From: a virus
Lineage: Duplodnaviria > Caudoviricetes
Strand: one strand, 5' to 3'
DNA: 64,000 bases
IMG/VR virus record: IMGVR_UViG_3300013288_000001
Span: 7,140 to 71,139 of that record
Made by a program: the position numbers and the translations under genes. Of this stretch, positions 44,155 through 52,115 are shown in pieces (the stretch's first letter is position 1; every line of letters begins with the position of its first letter). Under the pieces are notes generated by a model that worked only from the letters and a program-made list of their open reading frames with translations, ran no database searches and was not told the origin of the DNA.

Positions 44155-44744
44155 TCCGGTATTACCTCGTCAATGTGGTGCCAGTTGTACGCGGCGGTGT
44201 GGAAGTGCCGAACTCCCAAACTGCCGAGTATTTTGGTGTACCACAAGCCGGGGTTGAAGCCGCCTACATGAGCTTTGGCAATGAAGGCACGATGCTGGTT
44301 TGTGCGGATACCGACGCGGCTACTCATGCCATCTTTGCAGCATTGCCCCGCGTGATCCAGTTGCCTGCTGACTTGGATCAGAACTTGAGCGCCGGGGCTG
44401 TCAACACCGTCGAAGCGGCACTGGAAGCCCGGAACATCCCGGCGCACTGGGTATCCACCAGCCTGACCTATCGGCAGGTGCTGCGGGTGGTAGCAGGCAT
44501 GTTCCAGTTTGCTCAGGTCTACCACGCACAGCACACACTCAACCTGTTTCGGGGTGGGGTGAACCTCAATACGCGGGTGAACCAAATCCCACAGGCAGAA
44601 CGAAATCGCCTGAGCAGCGCCGCGCAAACCGCTGGGCTGGATACCAGTGGCATCACGGGGACGACTACCGTCCGTCAAATCCTGCGTTCACTGGGTGAAC
44701 AGTGGCTAGAGCGTCCGGTGTACCTCGGAAGCGGGGTTATCTGA
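44151..44744 (+). CDS. hypothetical protein
   Basis: 197-aa ORF, ATGA coupling. Confidence 0.6.
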   Translation: MIRYYLVNVVPVVRGGVEVPNSQTAEYFGVPQAGVEAAYMSFGNEGTMLVCADTDAATHAIFAALPRVIQLPADLDQNLSAGAVNTVEAALEARNIPAHWVSTSLTYRQVLRVVAGMFQFAQVYHAQHTLNLFRGGVNLNTRVNQIPQAERNRLSSAAQTAGLDTSGITGTTTVRQILRSLGEQWLERPVYLGSGVI

Positions 44745-44745
44745 C

Positions 44746-45735
44746 ATGACGCTGCGTGATAACTTCAACCGTGCGGATGGTGCGTTGGGGTCTAATTGGA
44801 CGATCTTAGTTGGCACCAACCCCTATAGCATCATCTCCAACGTCGCAGCAACCAATGGCGCGTCGGCTGAAAACTGCACGATCTACAACGCCTTTACACC
44901 AGCCGATAACCAGTGGGCGGAAGTGACCATCACACAGACAGGCGCAGATGCCTACGTGGGGCCTGCTGTGCGGGGGAGTGGCACCAGCTGGTACGTCTTT
45001 TATGGTGACACGGGCAACCGGGCGCTGTACCGCATTGTCAGTGGCACACCGACGAGTCTTGCCAGTTCTGCGACGGGCTTTGCGGTCAATGATGTCATTC
45101 GCCTGGAAGTGGAAGGCACCACGCTTAGAGCCTACGTGAATGGCGTGTTGTGGACTTCCGTCACGGATAGCTCACTCGCCAGTGGCAACACCGGCATGGC
45201 AACGTGGTCTACCAGTACATCCGGTCGGGTGGACAACTTCACAGCGGACAATGTAGCGGCTGACCAGTCCGTAACGGCCAACCTCATCGCCAGTGGGGAA
45301 ACCTTCTACAGCGCAGCGGTCTACCTGCTGACCGACGCTCGACCGCTCAGCACCGTGAGCGCAGGGGCATGGACAGATCAGGCGAGTGGTACGACCGACA
45401 TGCACTCGCCCTTAGCGGATGAAACCAACGCCACCTACATCCAGAGTGAACTGGATCCCAGTTCCAGCGTGTGTGAGGTGTTGCTCGAAACTCTGAGCGA
45501 TCCGGGGACAAACGCGGCGCATCAAGTGATTTACCGCTATGCCAAAGATGGCACGCCGCAGATCAACCTGACGGTGCAGCTGAGGCAAGGTGCATCCACC
45601 GTCATCGCTGCACAAACCATTACCAACGTGTCCAGCTCTATCACCGATGGAACGCTGGCACTTTCCGAAGCTGAGGCGGGCAATATCACCGATTACAGCG
45701 ACCTGCGCCTTCGCTTCATAGCCACACAGGTGTAA
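44746..45735 (+). CDS. fibre/decoration protein with lectin (SPRY/LamG-like) domain
   Basis: LRDNFNRADGALGSNW...DVIRLEVEGTTLRAYVNG; carries one copy of the 23-aa repeat. Confidence 0.6.
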   Translation: MTLRDNFNRADGALGSNWTILVGTNPYSIISNVAATNGASAENCTIYNAFTPADNQWAEVTITQTGADAYVGPAVRGSGTSWYVFYGDTGNRALYRIVSGTPTSLASSATGFAVNDVIRLEVEGTTLRAYVNGVLWTSVTDSSLASGNTGMATWSTSTSGRVDNFTADNVAADQSVTANLIASGETFYSAAVYLLTDARPLSTVSAGAWTDQASGTTDMHSPLADETNATYIQSELDPSSSVCEVLLETLSDPGTNAAHQVIYRYAKDGTPQINLTVQLRQGASTVIAAQTITNVSSSITDGTLALSEAEAGNITDYSDLRLRFIATQV

Positions 45736-45739
45736 CACC

Positions 45740-46624
45740 ATGACGGTCAGACACGCCTTTTCCAATACGACCCCTGATTTCACGGGGACGATTACCGGGT
45801 TTAACTCACAGGGTAGCACGGTCACACTGGCTGCTAGCAATCTGGTGCGTCCAAGTGACTGGAACAGCGTTCACAACATCATCATGACCCTGACGGGTAA
45901 TACCTCAGGCGATAGCACGGTGAGCGGTTCTAATATCATCCTGTCAGGCGGGGACAATGTGACCTTGCGCGGCAACGGTTCGGTCATTGAGATCATCGGC
46001 CCCGCTGAAATCACCCGCAATGGGTATGACCCGTTCGGCTACGGCGCGGAAAGCGTAGCAGGCGCTCAGGGGGCAGGGACGCTGTACATTGCCCCGATGA
46101 CCAACACGCCGAACTTCGCTTTCGACCGCGTGATTATGCCGATTCAGCTTTCCAACGCGAGCAACAGCAGCTTTAGTGCCACCTTCAGCTTCAGCTTTGC
46201 CATCTTCACCCGGAACGAGAGCAACCTATCGCTTCTGACTTCGGTCAGCACCAGCCACAACTTCAGCGCGTCAGGTACGGTCGGGTCTTACAGCTTGTGG
46301 GGTGGTATCCGAAACCTGACCATCCCTTTGACGACCACGCTTACACGCGGCGATTACTGGGTAGGTATCTGGAGCCGAACCACCACGGGCGGCGGCGCGG
46401 GTATGACCATTAACCAGATGCTCGCTTCACAGCCGAACTCGTCTTACAGCGGCATTTACGGGCAAGCCAGCAACGCAACCGATCAGATCATTTTAGGGCA
46501 AGGGCGCTACAGTGTGAGCTTCAGTACCGCCATGCCCAACAGCGTGCCTTTCAGCCAGATTCAGGGCAATAGCTCTATCCTCTTACGTCCGCCTATGTTT
46601 AGCTTTGAGCAAGGAACGGTATGA
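45740..46624 (+). CDS. Ser/Thr/Gly-rich virion protein
   Basis: 294-aa beta-rich ORF. Confidence 0.55.
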   Translation: MTVRHAFSNTTPDFTGTITGFNSQGSTVTLAASNLVRPSDWNSVHNIIMTLTGNTSGDSTVSGSNIILSGGDNVTLRGNGSVIEIIGPAEITRNGYDPFGYGAESVAGAQGAGTLYIAPMTNTPNFAFDRVIMPIQLSNASNSSFSATFSFSFAIFTRNESNLSLLTSVSTSHNFSASGTVGSYSLWGGIRNLTIPLTTTLTRGDYWVGIWSRTTTGGGAGMTINQMLASQPNSSYSGIYGQASNATDQIILGQGRYSVSFSTAMPNSVPFSQIQGNSSILLRPPMFSFEQGTV

Positions 46625-47337
46625 CGCAGATCGTTGGGTATGACTACGGCGCTCACAACGCGGCGCTGGAAACAGCGACCTCTCGCATCATTGAGGGCGC
46701 AACCTGGAAACAGCAGCGGGTGATCGTACTCCTGCCCGCTGGTGCCACCATTTCGACGCGAGTGGCGCTCTCGCACTGGAACCTGATCTTCCCGCCGAAC
46801 CAAGCGGTCTATCGGCTGCTGTGTCAGGGCATGGAAGTGGGGGAGGCGTACAACCAGGGAATTGAGGCGGTACTCGCTCATCCTGAGTTGTCCAAGTGGG
46901 AATACCTGCTGACCATTGAGCATGACAACGTGCCACCGCCGGACGGGGTGCTCAAGCTCATCCGGGCAATGGATGAACACCCGGAATATAGCTGTATTGG
47001 CGGTCTGTATTGGACGAAGGGTGAGGGCGGTGTACCTCAAATCTGGGGGGACATCAAAGACCCGGTGGTGAACTTCCGTCCACAACCGCCGCGTGCCGGG
47101 GAAGTGGTCGAGTGCTACGGGACGGGCATGGGATTCAACCTGTGGAGACTGTCCATGTTTAAGGATGAGAAAATCGAAAAGCCGTGGTTCAAAACCTTGA
47201 ACGGGCTGGATGGGCAAGGACTAGGCACGCAGGATCTTGCGTTCTGGTCGAAAGCACGCAAGTACGGTTATCGCTGTGCGGTGGATTGCCGCATTCCAGT
47301 TGGACATTTTGACGTATCTACAGGAATGACTTGGTGA
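46621..47337 (+). CDS. GT-A fold glycosyltransferase
   Basis: YLLTIEHDN (DxD-like), GTGMGFNL, QDLAFW...RCAVDCRIPVGH. Confidence 0.75.
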   Translation: MTQIVGYDYGAHNAALETATSRIIEGATWKQQRVIVLLPAGATISTRVALSHWNLIFPPNQAVYRLLCQGMEVGEAYNQGIEAVLAHPELSKWEYLLTIEHDNVPPPDGVLKLIRAMDEHPEYSCIGGLYWTKGEGGVPQIWGDIKDPVVNFRPQPPRAGEVVECYGTGMGFNLWRLSMFKDEKIEKPWFKTLNGLDGQGLGTQDLAFWSKARKYGYRCAVDCRIPVGHFDVSTGMTW

Positions 47338-47567
47338 ACACAAGTAAACGACTTTATTGGGCGTATCGCAAAGCACCAGCCAATCAGGACGGTGGGGATT
47401 ATGCCTTACTGCCGGATGATTTTCGGTGGCTCTACGAATGGCATGACGACGGTTCTGTGTGGCGAGCATTGCAAGCGCAGTACGTATCCGAAGGTACGTT
47501 CTTAGCACCTGAGCCGCTTGAGTGGAACGATGTGGAATTTGAAGAAAGGGTTTACCCAACAATATGA
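47331..47567 (+). CDS. hypothetical protein
   Basis: 78-aa ORF. Confidence 0.45.
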   Translation: MVNTSKRLYWAYRKAPANQDGGDYALLPDDFRWLYEWHDDGSVWRALQAQYVSEGTFLAPEPLEWNDVEFEERVYPTI

Positions 47568-48088
47568 AACTGGACATCGGTTGCGGCACTCGCAAACAGG
47601 ACGGCTTTACCGGGGTAGACAGCATCGCTTTTCCCGGTGTGGACGTGGTAGCTGATCTCAAGGAACGCTGGCCGTTTGAAGATGGCAGTGTGGATGAGGT
47701 CTACGCTTCGCACATCCTCGAACATTTCACGGGCAAAGAGCGCGTGCATATCGTCAATGAGTTGTACCGCGTGATGAAACCGGGGGCGAAAGCCACCCTG
47801 ATTATCCCGCACTGGTCATCGTGCCGCGCTTATGGCGATCCGACGCACTGCTGGCCGCCTGTCTCGGAGTTCTGGTTTTACTACTTGTCGAAGGAATGGC
47901 GGGCAACTCAGGCCCCGCATACCGACGCGGCAAACTGGACTGAAGGGTTTGCCTGTGACTTTGAAGCGACGTGGGGCTATGGCACTCACCCGGAAGTGGC
48001 CTTGCGCTCACAAGAGTTCCAGTCGTTTGCCGTGCAGTTCTACAAGGAAGCGGTGCAAGACCTGCACGCGACTCTGACCAAACGGTAA
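47564..48088 (+). CDS. class I SAM-dependent methyltransferase
   Basis: KLDIGCG, SVDEVYASHILEH, YRVMKPG. Confidence 0.9.
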   Translation: MKLDIGCGTRKQDGFTGVDSIAFPGVDVVADLKERWPFEDGSVDEVYASHILEHFTGKERVHIVNELYRVMKPGAKATLIIPHWSSCRAYGDPTHCWPPVSEFWFYYLSKEWRATQAPHTDAANWTEGFACDFEATWGYGTHPEVALRSQEFQSFAVQFYKEAVQDLHATLTKR

Positions 48089-48097
48089 AGGTCAATC

Positions 48098-49651
48098 ATG
48101 TTTCAGAGCGATGGATTTCAGCATAATGCAGTTCAGATAGGCGGCGAGAGCGCGGTTGTCGATGCTCGCGTCCGGATCTATCGTGCTGAATTCCTCGCTC
48201 CGGCTTCAGCGTCAGGCCCGCAAACGGTTACAGCCAACCTCATTCCGAGTGGTGAAACCTTCTATCAAGCGACGGTGACACCCGGTGCGGTGTCGGTTGC
48301 GGCCAACCTGATTGCATCGGCGGAAACGGTCTACAGTGCCAGCGTAACCCCCGGCGCGGTGACAGTTTCAGCGAACCTCATCCCCTCTGCCGAGACGTTC
48401 TACAACGCCTCTGTGACCGTAGGCGATGTCACGGTTTCCGCGCAACTGATCGCCAGTGGGGAAGTGTTTTATCAGGCGACAGTCACTCCCGGCGCAGTAA
48501 CGGTCACAGCGAATATTATCCCGTCGGGCGAAACATTCTATCAGGCATCGGTTGCCCCTGGTGCTGCGACAGTCAGTGCCAACCTGATTGCCAGCGCCGA
48601 ACAGTTCTATCAAGCCTCAGTGACACCCGGCGCTGTGACCATCAGTGCCAACCTGATCGCATCGGCTGAAACCTTCTATCAGGCCAGCGTAGGCGCAGCT
48701 GCGACCACGATTACAGCCAACCTGATTGCATCTGGAGAGGTGTTCTACCAGGCCAGTGTGAGCGTTGGGGCAGTGACCGTCAGTGCGAACCTGATTGCCA
48801 GTGCGGAGACGTTCTATCAGGCAACCGTAACACCGGGTGCTGTGAGTATCGCGGCTCAGGTCATTGCGTCGGCTGAAACCTTCTACAACGCAAGTGTCAG
48901 CCCCGGCGCAGTTTCCATCGGCGCAAATCTCATCGCCAGTGCGGAGCAGATCTATCAGGCCAGTGTGACGACCGGACCGGTCACAATCGCAGCGCAGTTG
49001 ATCGCCTCTGCCGAACAGTTCTACCAGGCGACTGTGACCACCGGCAATGCGCCGGTGGAAGCCCAACTCATCGCCAGCGCGGAAACCTTCTACCAGGCCA
49101 CCGTGACACCGGGGCCGGTCACTGTCACGGCTAACTTGATCGCCTCCGCTGAAACGTTCTATCAGGCGACGGTGCAGGTCGGTGCTCTATCCATCGCGGC
49201 CAACCTGATCCCCTCCGCAGAACAGTTCTACAACGCAAGTGTGACGACTGGCGCGGTCACAGTCACGGCGAACCTGATCCCATCGGGTGAAAGCTTCTAC
49301 CTTGCCAGCGTTTCAGCCGGTGCGCTTACGGTCACAGCCAACCTGATCGCCAGTGCCGAGAGCTTCTACCAGGCGTCGGTGAGTGTTGGCCCGGTCACAA
49401 TTACTGCCAACCTTATTCCTTCCAGCGAAGTCTTTTACAACGCCAGCGTACAACTCATGCTGGCGATTATTCAAGCCAACCTTATCCCCACTGCCGAGGC
49501 GTTTTATCTGGCCTCGATTGGCTCACAGGCGTTCTCAGGACGCGGTTCGATCAGCATTCTCAGCAGCGGAAACAGTATCGAGGTCTTGCGCCAGAGCAAC
49601 ACATTGAGCATCCGGCAAGGCGCAGTCTCATTGGAGGTCTTGCCCACATGA
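48098..49651 (+). CDS. repeat fibre-like protein with 19 x 23-aa repeats
   Basis: Consensus AVTVTANLIASAETFYQASVTPG, repeats counted by hand. Confidence 0.75.
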   Translation: MFQSDGFQHNAVQIGGESAVVDARVRIYRAEFLAPASASGPQTVTANLIPSGETFYQATVTPGAVSVAANLIASAETVYSASVTPGAVTVSANLIPSAETFYNASVTVGDVTVSAQLIASGEVFYQATVTPGAVTVTANIIPSGETFYQASVAPGAATVSANLIASAEQFYQASVTPGAVTISANLIASAETFYQASVGAAATTITANLIASGEVFYQASVSVGAVTVSANLIASAETFYQATVTPGAVSIAAQVIASAETFYNASVSPGAVSIGANLIASAEQIYQASVTTGPVTIAAQLIASAEQFYQATVTTGNAPVEAQLIASAETFYQATVTPGPVTVTANLIASAETFYQATVQVGALSIAANLIPSAEQFYNASVTTGAVTVTANLIPSGESFYLASVSAGALTVTANLIASAESFYQASVSVGPVTITANLIPSSEVFYNASVQLMLAIIQANLIPTAEAFYLASIGSQAFSGRGSISILSSGNSIEVLRQSNTLSIRQGAVSLEVLPT

Positions 49652-49980
49652 CAACCGCTTTCACGCAACGCTTCATTGGCGAAACAAGCACTCTGGAATT
49701 TAAGTTCGTGAATTCCAGCGGGGTAGCAGCCAACCCGTCCGGTATCACGCTCAAGATTGGCGTCTGGAATAAGGCGGCAGGGGTGGTCAATCAACTGACT
49801 GACCCGGCTGTGACCCAATCCGCCATGAGCAACCCGGCAACCGGCACATGGCGCTACGACTACACCTGGGAGCAAGCAGGACTGCATATCATCGAAGTAG
49901 AAACGACTGGCACACCGACGACCGTCATTCGCACTGAGGTCATTGTGGTTGCGCCGGACTTGACCTGGAGCACATCATGA
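49648..49980 (+). CDS. small Ig-like/BppU-like virion protein
   Basis: beta-rich; GTWRYDYTWEQAG. Confidence 0.5.
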   Translation: MTTAFTQRFIGETSTLEFKFVNSSGVAANPSGITLKIGVWNKAAGVVNQLTDPAVTQSAMSNPATGTWRYDYTWEQAGLHIIEVETTGTPTTVIRTEVIVVAPDLTWSTS

Positions 49981-52115
49981 CCAAACCTTTAACCCCCGCC
50001 ATGAAGCGGGCGATGGAAGCCTATCAGACGAACGGCGTAACGGCGCTTTCCGGCGTTGATCCCCGGACGCGGCGGGCGCTGGAAGCCCGTGCGCTCATTC
50101 CCCGCGAGTCGGTGGGGGAGATTGTCGGACGCCCGCGGACCAACCGCATGACGGTCAACTGGCGCGATGCAGGTTTCAGCATTACGCCTACCCGCGATCC
50201 GGGGCAGAGTGACTATCAGTTCTGGGACATGATGTGGCGCGGGCAAGCCAGAGGCTACGAGCTGGCGGGGCTGCTGCTGAAGCCGCTGGCCTCCAAGATC
50301 GCCGCCTGGACGATGGGAACGCCGCCGCGCTTTCGCTCCAAGAAGCCCCGTACCCAGTCGTTATTCAATGAATGGTGGGCTAAGAACCTGCCGAACATCA
50401 TCCGGGGCGTAGAACACGCAGTCATCAAGGGCGATGCCTATCTGGTGGTCAATCCGCCCAACGCGAGAGGCGAACTGACCTTAACCCTACTCCCCCCGGA
50501 AGTCGTGACTGCCGTGGTGGATGAAAATGACTACAGCCGGCGCATCGGCTGGCGGATCGTCGAAGTGCATCCTCACCCGACGCGCATTGCCGATAGCATG
50601 ACGGTGGAAGACATCTACACCACGACGGAACGCATTCGGCGCGTCTGGCGGAGTGGGATGCCCGTTAAAGAAGAACGCTTCCCCAACCTGACCGGACTGG
50701 TACCCGTCATCAAGATCAGCAATGATCGGGGTGCAGATGAAGAGTTCGGACGGTCGGGGGCTGAGGCGCTATTGACACTCTTCAAGATGTACCACGATGT
50801 GCTGAAGGCCGGTCTGGAAGGCAACCTGAAGCAGGGGAGGCCAACCCCGGTACTCGAAAAGATGGGTACTCAGAAACAGATTGACGACTGGTGGGAAGCC
50901 TTCGGTTCCAAGCAAACGCGGGAACTCGACGATGGCACGACGGAAACTTACTACGTGCTGGATCTATCCAGTGACGACGCCATAACCTTAGGCGGCGATG
51001 CCACCTTCCGTTACGCGCAACCCATGAGCTTTAGCGCCGATACAATGAACCTGCTGGGACTACTGTTCTACCTGTACATCCAGCATACAGAAATCCCTGA
51101 GTTCATCATGGGCAACGCTATTGCGTCCTCTAAGGCCAGCGCCGAAACGCAGATGCCCGCTTTTGCCAAGTTCATCGAAAAGAAACAGGGTGAATGTCTG
51201 CACTGGATGAACGATCTGGCACAGGTGGTCATCGCCTTTTTCAGCCTGTATGAACGCGGGGTGAATGCCAATGACGACCTGCAAACCACCTTCGTGCCGC
51301 TCACGTCACAGGACGGACGGTTGACACTGGACGCCATTAAGATGGGGCTGGACTTCGGTCTACTCGACGACGAAACCGCGCTCCAGTTCATGCCACTGGA
51401 CATTGAGAACCCGGAACAGGTCATCCTCAAGGCGCGGCAGGAAGCGGAGGAAAAACGACTGGCGGCACGGCAAGCCCGGATGCAAGATGACATCGAAGTC
51501 TCGCCCGTTGTCGAACCGCGCAACCCCAATCCCGCCGAGTCTGCACCAGTCCAGCGGACGCTCTCAGAAGCCAAGCATACCGGCGCGATGTTGGCCTTTA
51601 TGCTGGATGGCACAGCAGCCTCAGCACTCGCCAGCGCGGTTGAAATGGCGGGTATCCCGGCGGCTGATCGCCTCCCTACCGATGAGCTGCACCTGACGCT
51701 GGCCTACTTAGGCGATACGTCGGAGTTGGACTTTGAGGAAAGCGATGTCATGCAGGTGTTAGGGGACTTCGCTGGCACCGAGTTCAACGTGAGAGGCAAA
51801 CTGAGTGGCATCGGACGCTTTACCAATGTGGAAGGGCCAGAGGCGACCGTGGTCTATGCGTCGGTCGATGCACCTGCCTTGCCCGCTTTCCGGCAAGCTC
51901 TGGTCGAAGCGCTAGGCGACAACGGCATTGACCATGCCCGTAACCACGGCTTTACCCCGCACATTTCGCTGATGTACCTGAAGCCGGATGTCCCCACGCC
52001 CAACATCGAACTGCCTGATCTGGAGATGGTCTTTGACCGTATCACATTGATGTGGGGAGATAATCGGACGGATTTCAACTTGAAAGGATCGCCACTGGAG
52101 ATGATCCCGGCGTGA
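49977..52115 (+). CDS. portal protein with C-terminal 2H phosphoesterase domain
   Basis: Position before head genes, portal-like N-terminal ~480 aa; C-terminal HLTL and HISL 2H motifs. Confidence 0.8.
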   Translation: MTKPLTPAMKRAMEAYQTNGVTALSGVDPRTRRALEARALIPRESVGEIVGRPRTNRMTVNWRDAGFSITPTRDPGQSDYQFWDMMWRGQARGYELAGLLLKPLASKIAAWTMGTPPRFRSKKPRTQSLFNEWWAKNLPNIIRGVEHAVIKGDAYLVVNPPNARGELTLTLLPPEVVTAVVDENDYSRRIGWRIVEVHPHPTRIADSMTVEDIYTTTERIRRVWRSGMPVKEERFPNLTGLVPVIKISNDRGADEEFGRSGAEALLTLFKMYHDVLKAGLEGNLKQGRPTPVLEKMGTQKQIDDWWEAFGSKQTRELDDGTTETYYVLDLSSDDAITLGGDATFRYAQPMSFSADTMNLLGLLFYLYIQHTEIPEFIMGNAIASSKASAETQMPAFAKFIEKKQGECLHWMNDLAQVVIAFFSLYERGVNANDDLQTTFVPLTSQDGRLTLDAIKMGLDFGLLDDETALQFMPLDIENPEQVILKARQEAEEKRLAARQARMQDDIEVSPVVEPRNPNPAESAPVQRTLSEAKHTGAMLAFMLDGTAASALASAVEMAGIPAADRLPTDELHLTLAYLGDTSELDFEESDVMQVLGDFAGTEFNVRGKLSGIGRFTNVEGPEATVVYASVDAPALPAFRQALVEALGDNGIDHARNHGFTPHISLMYLKPDVPTPNIELPDLEMVFDRITLMWGDNRTDFNLKGSPLEMIPA

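Noticed and set aside
48220-49540. CRISPR array or DGR template/variable repeat pair
   Set aside because: The repeats are in-frame 69-nt protein repeats with synonymous divergence. There are no spacers, no adenine-specific variation, and no cas or reverse transcriptase gene was seen.
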